A stretch of DNA of 63,337 bases, the filler included, from Octopus bimaculoides (Eukaryota): the NCBI RefSeq assembly GCF_001194135.2. It is 5 parts of 3 records of this genome, joined end to end, with 100 filler letters (N's around TTAATTAATTAA, not from the genome) between each part and the next. Parts side by side here need not be neighbours in the genome. Positions count along the whole stretch, not along the records: positions 12,908 to 27,305 come from NC_068982.1; 4 more parts are not named here. One strand, written 5' to 3'. This document shows positions 14,201-27,405 of the stretch, in pieces. A program made the position numbers and the translations under genes. The notes below the pieces were generated by a model, which saw nothing but the letters and a program-made list of their open reading frames with translations, had not been told where the DNA came from and did no database searches. Numbering within the stretch: position 1 is the stretch's first letter; each line of letters opens with the position of its first letter.

Positions 14201-15155
14201 TAAAACAACAATCATGTGTATACTTGCGTATATACAGGTATACAATATATATATATATTGAGGATTATACACAAAAAATTAATCAGACAACGAAACATAC
14301 GACAATGCACATATGCATCCTATGGACGAACAGTAACACAGAGACACCCTTATAAACTAAACACCTGCACCTATGTACACATATCTACGTAAATAATGTT
14401 TATACATAGGCCTGAATTCATAGTGGCGATGTAGGTAATAACATATTATTATATTATGAAAAGCAAATATACATTAAAGAAATATATATATAAGAATTAT
14501 AATATTTAAAAACTGTTTAAGTATATTATAAACATTTGAATAAAACATAAAAATTAAAAAAATAGTTATAAAAGTAGTTATAAATCTTGGTTGCTAAAAA
14601 AAATTAAATTGAAAATTATATAATAATGAATATATGTATGTATAGAGGAAATCATGATCAAATACTTATGTATGATTTTTTATGTATAATTCTATGTACA
14701 TGTGTGAAATTATAATACGATTATTATATACTGGAATATATATATATATATATATATATACTGGAATATATATGCGCTTATATGGAAAGTATTCGGCTAC
14801 ACAACATGTAATGTTTTATATATGAGCATGTATATAAATAAATATGCACATTTAACAATTGGAAGTACAATACATTAAGGTTAGTGCATGTATATAATAT
14901 TTTTGAAGAGAATGCATGGATGGGTACATTTACAAGTTTTTATTACAAAATAAATCTAATATCATATATACACATATATACACATGCACACACATCAACG
15001 TAGAAAAGTATATAGACATGCATATGGACATATACATAGATATACATGCGTTGGAATATATTAATACTCTTATCTACACACATATTAGTATATAGAGAGT
15101 AAAATATATGTATATGTACATATACATGGATATACAGATACCCATACACATATAC

Positions 15156-15221
<66 letters not shown>

Positions 15222-15535
15222 NNNNNNNNNNTATAGACATACGTGTACAAGGGTATACATATATATAGAGAGAGATGCGAATGGTTCTGTTATAGATATA
15301 TATATACACACACATGCATATACATACACATGGATACATACACATACAATGCCAGATTATGCATATATATATACACACACACACGCATACACATACCGAC
15401 ATACATGCATATACATATGCATGTACATATATATACACACACACACACGTTTGTCGTAATTTGAATTTAACATATGATAGCGTCTCATAAAGCGAGATTT
15501 CTATACATCTTAAATTTTCAGAGGAATCTGTAGTG

Positions 15536-15613
15536 GGGGAGTTTAGCTCAATCAGTCAGAGCATCATGACGCGTAATCACGGAGATGTGAGTTCGAGTTC
15601 ACAGCTAAGCACC
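15536..15613 (+). pseudogene. tRNA-Thr(CGT)-like pseudogene or SINE head
   Basis: A-box tagctcaatcagtcagagc, anticodon arm catga-cgcgtaa-tcacg, B-box gagttcgagt and a downstream T8 run. The acceptor stem does not pair. Confidence 0.6.
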
Positions 15614-16249
15614 TACACTTTTTTTCTGAAAAATAGGGGTACTTTATCCTGTTCAGGTTATATTATTAGCATTATCCTGCGATTGAGAATTTAAAAATCA
15701 CTTCTTTAACTTTCTAAGACATCTCAACGCTTCTAAAAGTAAACTTTGTTTGTTTGTTTACGTTTGTCGTAATTTGAATTTAATATATATATATATATAC
15801 CTTTACATATCCCTCTATAGAATAAAAAGATATACATATACCCCCAAGTATACGCTCATATGTACTTACCCGCGTACTAGTACTAGTTTTACTACTACAC
15901 ACGCGTAGAAAATAGGTAATTAAATTCGAATATAGGCAAAACGACAATGTGTACATGTATATATACACACGTCCAAAACTGATATTTAAATAAGCATATA
16001 GACAAGCACAATTGCATATATACATACACATCCACATATAGAGAAAACCCAAAATACATATTGGCCATATACATAAAATGTACTCCAGTTATCATAATTA
16101 AATGATATAAGTAATAAAATTCGATAATACTATTAAATAAAAAGTTACTATGTTATTTAGATTAATAAAGGAAAATATAATGCGATGTTAAATAATACCA
16201 AACAACATTAAGGATAATAATTAACTATTTTAGATTAGTGTAAAGGAAT

Positions 16250-16960
16250 TTGGCCATGTGTTTATATGAAAAAAATTTTTTTATCTCTTGTATTTACTAG
16301 TTGTCCTTTCATTTTCCTTATTTTATATATAGCTTTCTTGAAAGCATAATCTAGAGAATTTATTGTTATTTTTGTAAGAAATTGCAAATGATAGAATTTT
16401 CCAATAAATTGAGAAATGAGTGTATATTTTTTTTGAGGTACCAAATTTTTTTGACCCAGTTTTGTGTGCATCTGATATAATAATACTTAGTGGAATCGTG
16501 TGTTATCATTGTTGCTTGATATACATGTTTTCTTTTACAATCTCTGTGTTTTTACAAGCGTTTGGGTCTCTACAATTGCAATTTATGTGTGAGTGGTTTG
16601 GTGTTATTTGTAGATTTTTGTTGATTTATAAGGGTTGTGGTCATTAAATGTATTCATATTGCTAATTGCACCATTATGTAGTTTATTATTATTTTTGTAT
16701 GTTCTAGGTTCAGTTTTAAAATTTTATTTTCATAGAATTGATCTAGTTTCTTATTAAATGAAACTATTATCCTAAAAAGGTTGGGAGAAATTGAAAATCC
16801 TAATCTGATGTGTTTATTATTAAATATTTTATCTTATCTAGTGATTTTAAAGTTTTTATTAATAATCTTTCTGATAGATCTTATAAAAGTTCGTCTTTAA
16901 ATGCTTAGCAAAGGGAATTATTATCTAAATGGTTTTATCATTGTCTACCTTGGTTGAGCA
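16250..16960 (-). pseudogene. Penelope-like (Naiad-type) retroelement relic: thumb/linker, CNC zinc motif and GIY-YIG endonuclease
   Basis: Frameshifted minus-strand translation gives IIPFAKHLKTNFYKI, FNNKHIRLGFSISPNL, NCNCRDPNAC, DCKRKHVYQATMITHDSTKYYYIRCTQNW and WKILS, collinear with the Penelope-like consensus (WFNPPYS, KISYSCMPN, CNCR..CP, IYQATV, YIG, W.I). Confidence 0.7.
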
Positions 16961-17557
16961 TTGATTTGTATTCAAAAAGTCATTTTTCCTCATATATGCT
17001 ATTGGTTTATTTTTTTACTATGTCATTATCATAATTATTAACTGTATTATTCTGGTTATTCTTATCCTTATTGTTAGTTGTCTTACTTTGATTATCCATG
17101 GTTTTATTTATTGTTAACTTTATGTTCCTATTATTATCTTTAATTATTTAGTTGGGGTTTACGCTAACAGTATTTATGGGATTATTTACTTTAATGTGGT
17201 TAGAAAGGTAATCATTTCTATGATTTGTTTATTACTATGAATTTTATTTATGTTATAGTGTTCATCATGCTTAAGTTTATTTATATTATTATAATTATTA
17301 TGGTTGTCCTATTTACCATGATTGTTATATTTATGACCAGTATTGGGAGTTTTAATTATTTGTTTATGAGGGTATACTGATTCTTTATAGATATTCAAGT
17401 TTCTAATTTTAACTTTATTGTTTATGTAATTATATTTAATATGATTTTTACTAGTGTTGTGGTTTTTGTTATACTTAAATTCATATTTATATCCTGCCTT
17501 CTTAAGTGTTTTAAATAGACATGACTCCTAAGTGTTTAAATAGATATGCCTTGAAAA

Positions 17558-17879
17558 GTGTTTAAATAGACATGACTCCAAGAACAATTACAGATTACAA
17601 AAATTCGTAAGAACACCATACCCATGTAAATCTAAAGCCCCCCTTTTTTCTTTATTTAGTTTTTATTATTTTTTCTTATTGTGCTCCTGGTGAGTACTCT
17701 TTGACAACTCAGATTCTTAAAATGAATTTATTGTCTTTCTGTACGAAACGGTCGTATAGTGAAATGAATAAAAAATATTTTATTACAAATTAACATCTAA
17801 TCTCCTCTATTTGCGACAATATGATTGAATTTGTTGAACTTCATTCTATAACTTAAATCATAAACTTAATACACTTATA
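17558..17879 (+). repeat. Penelope-like pseudo-LTR, right arm, preceded by two extra copies of its ~24-bp 5' end
   Basis: Inverted match to 13104-13432; the motif gtgttt(t)aaataga(c/t)atg occurs three times in about 17505-17578. Confidence 0.8.
17682..17761 (+). ncRNA. type I hammerhead ribozyme, family 1 (core mutated to CUGGUGA)
   Basis: tgctc-ctggtga-gtac...gtac-gaa-acg-gt-cgt-a-tagtg; helix II gtac/gtac is perfect. Confidence 0.65.
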
Positions 17880-18192
17880 AAACCTTTCATATCTACGCCA
17901 ATTTACATCAGTAAATTCAAAGTAAAGTATGAAAGATCAACGTTAGAAATCTTTTGGAAACTATTCCAATTAANNNNNNNNNNNNNNNNNNNNNNNNNNN
18001 NNNNNNNNNNNNNNNNNNNNNNNNNNNNNNNNNNNNNNNNNNNNNNNNNNNNNNNNNNNNNNNNNNNNNNNNNNNNNNNNNNNNNNNNNNNNNNNNNNNN
18101 NNNNNNNNNNNNNNNNNNNNNNNNNNNNNNNNNNNNNNNNNNNNNNNNNNNNNNNNNNNNNNNNNNNNNNNNNNNNNNNNNNNNNNNNNNNN

Positions 18193-18231
<39 letters not shown>

Positions 18232-19170
18232 TGTATATGTATATATATATATGCGTTGTTTTAACTATAAGACAAGTGGACACGATAAATTATACAAAGT
18301 TGCTTTACAGTACCTGGTGCATTTGATAGCACTGTGATACCAATGCAATTTGTGGAAGAGACCGAGTTTGTCATCAGGAAGAGGCGTTGTTATGTATTTC
18401 TTGAATGGTATTATGAAATGTCACAGCGCAAGAAGGGACCCAAAGGAATTAATATTCATATGACTTACCTCACCCGTCTCAGAAATTTCTAATCGAAGAC
18501 AATTACAAATTAGCTTGTGTTGGCATGGTTATAATCAACTATGTGTGCATGGGGCATCGTGATTGACTTGGTGAGTGAACAGCAGAAGTGGTTAGCCCCT
18601 AAAGTGTATTTTCTATACCAACTATCTTGGTTTATAGAAGTTCGTACAAATATCACAAGCCATTATATACTTCTTTACAACTGACTTAGCAGCTATCACG
18701 ACGCTAGTAAAACTTGAAACTCCAAATTATAAAATTGAATGTTCCGGTGTACTGAAAGTCATGTAATAGAAAATTTTCAAAAAGTTTCTTGTCTGGCTAA
18801 TTAGTTTCCTTTAAGAGAATACATGCAGTTAGCCTTCAGGGAATAAATATTTTCATCGTATTTTATATATAGATGAAAATAGGTCATCTATATTTTCATC
18901 TAAAAAATGTATACGCATAAATTTTCGATGACATATGCAGAAGTGGTTTCAAAAGGAGGCACCGTTTCTTCATTGCTTGGAGCAATAAATTAAGAAAAGA
19001 AACAAACATTTATGCTACAATCACAAAAGGAACAGTCAAATAGAAACATAACGCCAGACACAGAAAAGATGTGACAAAAATCAACAATAACATCAGCAAT
19101 GTTGGGGTCCCATAAAATTTATCAATATTTTCCATTCCTACCGCTCACCATCTATCTCATTCTCTCTCTC

Positions 19171-19268
19171 TTTCTCGCTATCTCTCTCTCTTTCTCGCTA
19201 TCTCTCTCTCTTTCTCGCTATCTCTCTCTCTTTCTCGCTATCTCTCTCTCTTTCTCGCTATCTCTCTC
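19171..19268. repeat. 20-bp minisatellite (tttctcgctatctctctctc) x ~5
   Basis: Exact tandem copies visible. Confidence 0.95.
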
Positions 19269-19324
19269 CTATAGCTCCTACTTCGAATATAACGAAGCCA
19301 CGAATTCAACTGCATAATTTAAGG

Positions 19325-19900
19325 CGAATGTTTGCTGCCGGACAGTTTTCAAAAATTTCATCAACCATCAACAACATGAGACAATTTTTGATACCGTGCT
19401 ATAGAGCGAAAGTTTCGATGCAAAATATATAGTGAAGGTAATATGAAAAACAGATCATGTTAAATCCATCCCAACAGGTGAATTGTAGGTTGTCGTTGAA
19501 AAAAAAATCAGTTCAAATTCTACGTGGGAACATATCACCATTATATGTGGCATTGTAACATAAAGACTTGGTGATTATTGAGACCAAATGTTGTAAATAA
19601 ACAGAATATAATAAGGAGAACCAAAAAGAATGTATAAAGAAGCGCTTCAAATATGCATGCTTAACTTGAATAAATATTTCTCATAGTAAACTCAATAAAC
19701 TCAACTACATTCAAATGAAAACTACCATGACCGCAGATAAATGAGGCAAATTTAAACAATTCGTTACGAAGAGTTTGCGCCATATAATACACGTTACTGC
19801 AATAACAATACTTTACGAAATGACTGAAGGCATCTCTCTCCATGAATCGCAGTGCTATACTGTCACTGATATGTGAACGATGTTAGAAGTCAAAACTCGA
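19325..19900 (+). pseudogene. very degenerate CR1/L2/Jockey-type LINE reverse-transcriptase C-terminal relic
   Basis: Ordered remnants resembling FADD (tttgctgccggac), KDLGVII (aaagacttggtgattatt) and Y..RLKAL (tacgaaatgactgaaggca), with many stops. Confidence 0.3.
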
Positions 19901-20820
19901 GCACTAAACATCAGTTGTTACTTTCATAACAGACAACTTTTCAAAAGTCAAGCACACAAACATCGTTCTTTGCTTTCACATCAGATAATAAAATGAACAA
20001 TTAATTGGCTCGCTGAAGTTATGTTTGAATTCAAATGACTAACGATGTAACTGTTCGTGAATTTATGTGTTATTAATGAAAAAAACTGGGAATCATTAAT
20101 AACATTATTTCCCATATATAGATATATTTTCTAAAAGTAAAAACTCTCATATCCTTTGTGTAATCAAATTACCTGCGAGTATAACAGAAACCTAGAAAAA
20201 AAAAAAGAAAGAAATTACAATTTTCTTAGAAGATAAAATTATGAACGAATGGAATATTTAATGCAGATGTGAGAAAACATCTGATCAAATATTCAGTTAA
20301 GAGAACGGAATTAAAAATAGATACAAGTATATACACACAAACATATACGCAGACATAAAAACATTGAACATAAAAATAAAATGGTAAGACATAGAAAGAA
20401 ATCTCTGTTTATGGACAACGATATACCAGGAGAGAACAGTCTACAAATAGAAAGTTACTGATAACCTATAATACAATTGTACTTCAGTGCAATCTGCTGT
20501 TGAAACAAAGTCCTTAAACATTGTTAGAGTTTTAGGAAGATATCAAGGCAATACATAAAGAAACACCAAGAATATAATTATATAAATGTCTTTTACTATT
20601 ATAAATGAAAACATCAGACGTGTTTATAGCATCAGTTTCGAGCTCTTAGGTGGTTGTTAAGATAATTATAAAAAGTAATGTTTATTCCATAAGAACCGAC
20701 GGTACTACCGCTTTTAACCTCTGGAGGAGCCTCCTCCAGCTCATTATCGATGCAATCTGCACCCGATATATATTGCAAGCAGGGACGTGAACCCCTACTG
20801 TCTTCTAGCAGATGACGGGA

Positions 20821-20869
20821 CCATCAGACCGTATGGTTTCGAGTTATTTGTACTCATCCCCAGTGGTGG
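20821..20869 (-). ncRNA. type I hammerhead ribozyme, family 2
   Basis: Minus strand: ccacca-ctgggga-t-gagt-acaaata-actc-gaa-acc-atac-ggt-c-tgatgg. Helices II and III are perfect; the core has an A6G change. Confidence 0.7.
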
Positions 20870-21125
20870 ACACCCGTCTGTTAGAGATAGTAGTAATTCG
20901 ATCCGGCTCACAATATATAGAAAAGTAAGTGACAATCAGTCACTGATCTTCCCAAGGAATAGCCATATTAAAGTGGCGATAAACATTACTTCTCAGTATA
21001 GTTACTACTTTCATATTTTCTAACTAACTACTTTGCTTGTTGCCAGATCAATGCCTGATTGTCACTTATTTTTCTATATATTGCGAGCTGGAGCGAATTA
21101 CTGCTATCTCTAACGGAAGGTTTGT

Positions 21126-21174
21126 CCACCACCGAGGATGAGCACAAATAATTCGAAACCGTACTGTCTGGTGG
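21126..21174 (+). ncRNA. type I hammerhead ribozyme, family 2
   Basis: ccacca-ccgagga-t-gagc-acaaata-attc-gaa-acc-gtac-tgt-c-tggtgg; helix I ccacca/tggtgg is perfect. Confidence 0.7.
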
Positions 21175-22832
21175 TCCCGTCGTCTGCTAGACGATGGTAG
21201 GGATTCGCTCCCCTGATTTCAATATATATCGGATGCAGATTGCATCGACAACCAACTGGAGGAGGTTTCTCCTAGGGTTAAAAACGTCGGTAACGTTAGT
21301 TCTTATGGAATAGCCATAGTGAAGTGGCGATAAATATTGCTTCTTATAATTATCTTATTACTTTCATCTCTTATAGAAATCTTCTAACTGGCTACTTTGC
21401 TTGTTGCAAGATAATCATAATTTTACATTTAATTTTATTAGTCTCACAGCAATCTGAAATTCTCAAAATATTTCACACAATCTTTGAAGAAATTTAACGA
21501 TTAATTATGATGATGAAAAATGAATCAGATTTGCTATAATCTTTCTTCAGAAATGACGTCATTATAAACAAAGTCATTGGAGTTTTAGCATTAAAGTATT
21601 TTGTATTAATGCGTATTTGTCGTTATGCAATAATTTCGCTGTACAAAGTGAATTATACTGTTACAGTTTGTTTTGCTAGCAGAGACACTAACCTACCAGG
21701 CCGTAACATGTAACATAATCCAGGTGCCTTAGAATATCACTAAGCTCTCACAGTTGTCATTGTCAAATGTGCCTTGCTTTAAAAATCGATGCAAATCTGG
21801 TCAATCCATATTCAAGTATTTCACTACTTTCATCAGAAGACAATGCTGGGAAAGAGAGGACATAGAATGCGAGAGTAACTGTAGTAATACAATATTCAGT
21901 TATATACCGGCATATTCGGGATATAAAGGCTGTTATGATTGACTTCTTTTCACATCGCTTTACAGTTTAGCAAATTAAATACCATACAAATTCTATCATG
22001 AGCCTAACTGACATGCACAACTCTTCTCTCGAATTATGTAGCTGTGCCAAATGAAAGAAATCAGTTTTTATATCGTCACAAATTGACCATCTTCCCTGAT
22101 TCTTTCATAGAGGATCTGTCATTCCATCTGTTTTGATAAACCGTCAGAAAGTAGGAAATAAGCAAACTCTTGATTTTGATGCTACCGAAACAATTTATTC
22201 GCAAATTTTCTACTTTTGTTCTGAAGATTAAAACATTTTTTCTCATAGTTTCTCTGTTGTGTGGTAATAGAATATAAACCATGACAGGTATTGATTGCGC
22301 AAATGAGAGAAAAAGTTCGATTTTCTTCCCCTTCGTTTATACTTAGACATCATTACACAATTTAGCTGACAGATATTTTTTTCCTGTCTGCTAATGCCTT
22401 TTATATATTTTTGCGCTTGCTGAAAGAAAATAATAACATTTTTGTTTTGATCTATTGGTCTTTCACAAAAAAAAGCTGCTTTAATATTAGATCATAAAAT
22501 TACTCTCCAGTTAGTTATGGAAAAGCATTTTGTGATATACATTAAAAAAATTTCATTTAAGTTGCAGAAAGTTTGGTATTTTATTTCTTAGGCGTTCAGA
22601 TATATATAAATTTGAGAAACTTGTATACACATGTACACACGTACACACAGACCCACAGAAACACACTTGCACACATACACACAGACACACACACATACAC
22701 ATACACATACACAGACACATACATATGTATGTATGTATGTATGCATCTGTCTATCATCTATGTATCTATCAAGGATATATATATATATATATATATATAT
22801 TGAGAGAGAGAGAGAAAGAGGGNNNNNNNNNN

Positions 22833-22904
<72 letters not shown>

Positions 22905-24942
22905 TATAAAAGAAGAGAACATATTTGAATACATAAATGCCAACCAATTATTTAAAAAAGCGAACGTTTAATACACAAATTCTGCCTCATGATCTTCTAG
23001 ATGTATGCAAAGGAAATACCCGTAGTCAATTACAATTCAATAACAACTTACGTTACTCGAAGTCTTGATTTAAGAGTAGTACATCTTGTTTTTATAACTT
23101 TGGCGCAAATTCATAAATCGACGGCAAGTAGTGTATTATCAATCCTGGACATATAATAAATAAAAAGTTGACCTTAGTGGAATTTGAAATTCATACTACA
23201 TAGCATTTTCCCCACTATCACAACGATTTTGTCTACAGCCTTCGGCGATGGAATATGTTCATTTTAAATTTACACCGTCATTAAGTTTACGAATTTGTGT
23301 TGCAAGATTCCTGATGTGAAATCGATATTGTTATATTTCGGGGCGGTCATTTTTTTTTTCCCAAATAAACACATGCACCATATATTCGTTCTTCACACGT
23401 TTATTACTGTTCTCATTTTAACTGATGTCCATTGTCCGGAAATCTTTCGTAACATATCCGTGACATTTTCAGCTAAACTTTCCGTCTGCTCCATTTAGTC
23501 CATACACTAAAAATGGACTAAATGGAATAGGAGGACACACTTGGACGGAAAAGTCGCTGAAGAGGTCAGAAATGTGTGACGAAAGATTTAACGAAATAAG
23601 AACAATAATAAACGAGTGAGGAACGAATAAATACTGCATGTATTTATTTGGCAAAAAACACTAAACAAAAAAAAAAAAAAAAAAAAGCCCACCATACCAA
23701 AATATAGCGATATTCACTCCTTCAGACTGTAGAAAACAGTCGCATCTCTGGTGGCGGCAGGCATTTTTAAGAGGTCTATGTAATACAGACAACGCGTGCG
23801 CACACACGCATGCGCATATACATATACACGGAGACGTGCACGCGCACACTCTCACACACTTTCACACACCCTCGTACACACTCACACACCAAGCGTAATG
23901 TTTTATGGTTTGACAGTAAAACATTTTAATACTCAATTTGAAGCCCTTCCATGTGAGTAATGATATTTAGCTAAGGTATTCGAGTAGATGGAAATTGTAA
24001 TGGATGTCACTGATCCCCTTAAGATAGTTGACATCAGATTACCATCACGTTAATAGTCACTCGAATGCCAATACAAATACATTGTATAAATTTAATGGCG
24101 TAGTTACTAGTATCTGAATATGCCGAAAAAACTGCAAGCAACACACACGCAAACAAAACAATACACAAACACGTACAAACAGATCTTCACACAGACACAC
24201 ACGTACACACATACAGACACATATATATAGAAATGTATCGGCAGTGGTTTTGCGAGAGCTTTCTTGCATGTCTTTAAATGAATAACTGGAAAATCCATCA
24301 GGGCCCGATTCTGAGTTCAATTTTATCTTATCGATAGCTATGGTTATCTCTTCCTTGTTTTGATTTGCAGTTTTGAAGAACTAATCACACTAATTCATTT
24401 GCATATGCCCAGCCTGCAAGTGAAAACACTTTGGAATTGTTTATTTAGGATTTCACTTATCCTTATGGGATCCGCAGTCAGTGAGTCTTTTCTTGAAATA
24501 GTGGTTTTGTCTGGTACAGCACCGAGGCTAATAAAATGTCTTTTGTTTTTATATTTTCCACTACCTTAATTTCTTTTTATTCCCTTTCTTTCCCATCTGA
24601 TTTATTTTCAATCTCTACAGTTACTTTTGGGGCGGCACTTCTGACTGTCATTAAGTTCTCTATTTAAAAAGTTCGAGATTTTAATTCTATGACTAATATT
24701 GAATATCCTCGTGAATAATGCTTTTACGTATATTGGCTCTTCACGGTGGCAAAAATTTAAAGTTTATGGTTTTTATTATTGACATAAATTACAAGGTCCT
24801 ATTTTGTTCTCCACAGACGTAAAGAGCAGACTGCCAACATTGATAGCTAAATATACTTATCCACTCAATACAATATTTTGAGTTACATATCAGATAATGT
24901 TTGCATTCTGTACATCATATATATNNNNNNNNNNNNNNNNNN

Positions 24943-25001
<59 letters not shown>

Positions 25002-25015
25002 TAGACAGATATGAA

Positions 25016-25358
25016 GGTGCATGGCTCAGTAGTAAGAGCATTGGGCTCACACTCATGAGGCAGTGAGTTCGATTCCAGGACCGGATTGTGTCTCGTGTTC
25101 TTAAGCAAGACACTTTATTTCACGTTGCTCCAGTTCACTCAACTGTAGATGTGAGTTGCGACGTCACTGGTGCCAAACTGTATCAGCATTTACGTATCTC
25201 TTGGACTGCATCAGTGACGTGGAGAAGGGAGACTAGTATGCATGGCTGATTGCTGGTCTTCCGTAAACAGCCTTGCCTGGACTTGTGCCACAAAGGGAAA
25301 TTTTTGGTGCAATCCTATGGTCATTCACGACTGAAGGGGGGGGGGTCTTTACCCTTTC
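25016..25358 (+). mobile_element. tRNA-derived SINE family C
   Basis: Head ggtgcatggctcagtagtaagagc...gagttcgattccagg, then gcaagacactttatttcacgttgctccagttcactc and a LINE-like tail, flanked by microsatellites. Confidence 0.8.
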
Positions 25359-25369
25359 GTATCTATCTA

Positions 25370-25404
<35 letters not shown>

Positions 25405-25506
25405 NNNNNNNNNNNNNNNNNNNNNNNNNNNNNNNNNNNNNNNNNNNNNNNNNNNNNNNNNNNNCTCTATCTATCTATCTATCTGCCTACCTACCTACCT
25501 ACCTAC

Positions 25507-25550
<44 letters not shown>

Positions 25551-25801
25551 ATACATATATGAACATATGTGAATTTTATGTATGTATGTATAGATGGATG
25601 TGTGCGTATGTATGTGTGTGTGCATGTGTGTGTATGTGCGTGTCATTTGACAGAAAGAAAGAGTAACACTTCTTTAAATGTTCTCATATCGGACATATTT
25701 CGCAACGACAAGAGGTTCGAAACACCTATCAAAATTTGAAACCCAGCAAAATAAGCTGTGAATTTTCATGTAATAATAATAATAATAATAATATTAATAA
25801 T

Positions 25802-25840
<39 letters not shown>

Positions 25841-25850
25841 AATAATGATA

Positions 25851-26943
25851 AACATCTCTGCAAACAAGTAAGTAGTGAAGCAACGAATACAACTGAAATC
25901 CCAACGGCTAAGAAGGTATGATAAAAGAATCAAATTTTTTCGACAAACCAAGATATTCAAGGCGGATGCAAAAGATTTTATAGAGAAATTGGAAAACAAG
26001 ATAGAAGAAAAGGAGCCACCTAAGACTGAGGAAATGGGAGAATTCTGGAAGAATATAATGCTGAAGAATATAATACTGAAGCTCACTGGATAGAACCTGA
26101 GAAAGTGAGACTGGATGAAGTTGAAGAGCAGAAATGGGAGGCAATAGGAGCAGAAGGGCTAAGGTGTGTTCTTGGAGAATCTCACATACATAACTAACTG
26201 AAAGAATATACACTTCCCTGGAACAGAACTCTATCCTTCCACAAGCTCAAAAAAACTGTAAAAAGAATTCTTATGGATGAAAAGATCAATTACTCATAAA
26301 TAAAATGATTATAGAGAATTGCCGGAGCAAGAAGAAGAACCTGAGGATGGCATGGATAGAATACAGGAAAGCGTTTGATAGTGTCCCACATAACTGGCTA
26401 CTAAAGGCCTTTGAAATATACAAGATCTCTCCTGTCGTCTCGAAATTCTTACAAAGTAATATGACCAAGTGGAATATACGTCTCCTTCTAAACTATAGTA
26501 ACTGGATGAGTCAATCTAACAACATCAACATTAAACGGGACATCTTTCAAGGTGACTCCTTGTCCTCATTACTCTTTTGCATTACACTGACTCACTCTCA
26601 AACGAACTGACTAACACTAGGTATGGGTTCAAAATGTATAATATTATAGTACATCATCTGTTTTATATGAATGATCTGAAGCTGTTTGCTAGAAATGACG
26701 AAGAGCTAGTAGGGCTGCCGACAACCGTTAAAGACTCAGCAATGACATTGGGATAGATTTTGGCCTTGATAAGTGTGATAAACCAACTTCTGTAAGAGGC
26801 AAGCTAGAGCAAACAACTTCTATTAAATTAGATGCTGACACTACCATCAAAGAACTTGACCCACAAGAAAGCTATAAATACCTGGGGATAAACGAAGGAG
26901 ATGATATACAATATGCTAATGTGAAGGAAAAATTAAGGAAGGA
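25851..26943 (+). mobile_element. R4/Dong-clade non-LTR retrotransposon fragment (reverse transcriptase), disrupted
   Basis: KKNLRMAWIEYRKAFDSVPHNW, IFQGDSLSSLLFC, HLFYMNDLKLFA, YKYLGINE, KEKLRKE; preceded by a (TAA)/(CAA) run. Confidence 0.85.
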
Positions 26944-27305
26944 GTTGTTGTTGGCACTCCGTCGCTTACGACGTCGAGGTTTCCAGTTGATCCGATCAAT
27001 GGAACAGCCTGCTCGTGAAATTAACGTGCAAGTGGCTGAGCACTCCACAGAAACGTGTACCCTTAACGTAGTTCTCAGGGATATTCAGCGTGACACAGTG
27101 TGACAAGGATGACCCTTTGAATTACAGGTACAACAGAAACAGGAAGTGAGAGTGAGAGAAAGTTCTGGTGAAAGAGTACAGCAGGGTTCGCCACCATCCC
27201 CTGCCGGAGCCTCGGGGGGCTTTAGGTGTTTTCGCTCAATAAACACTTACAACGCCCGGTTTGGGAATCGAAACCGCGATCCTATGACTACGAGTCTGCT
27301 ACCTT
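26944..27305 (-). mobile_element. tRNA-derived SINE family D (possibly Deu/Nin-domain type) with (CAA)n tail, truncating the LINE
   Basis: Reverse complement: gactcgtagtcataggatcgcggtttcgattcc head ... ctcagccacttgcacgttaatttcacgagcaggctgttcc ... caacaacaac. The domain name is recalled, not verified. Confidence 0.7.
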
Positions 27306-27405
27306 NNNNNNNNNNNNNNNNNNNNNNNNNNNNNNNNNNNNNNNNNNNNTTAATTAATTAANNNNNNNNNNNNNNNNNNNNNNNNNNNNNNNNNNNNNNN
27401 NNNNN

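Larger units (their letters stand above)
20683..21412. mobile_element. non-coding hammerhead-bearing repeat (retrozyme or pLTR-like): inverted arms 20683-20948 and 21046-21312 plus a direct repeat with 351-bp period
   Basis: Arms align in reverse complement; ggaatagccata...gttgc(c/a)agat occurs at 20956-21048 and 21307-21412. Confidence 0.75.

Noticed and set aside
13100-17900. Possible mitochondrial insertion (very AT-rich, strand-skewed)
   Set aside because: I found no mitochondrial gene motifs; Penelope-like peptides and hammerhead-bearing inverted repeats explain the region better.
18310-18490. Minus-strand donor-like sites (gag|gtaagt, cag|gtact) and a short open frame KYITTPLPDDKLGL
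   Set aside because: The acceptors are weak, there is no homology, and linkers separate it from the giant gene.
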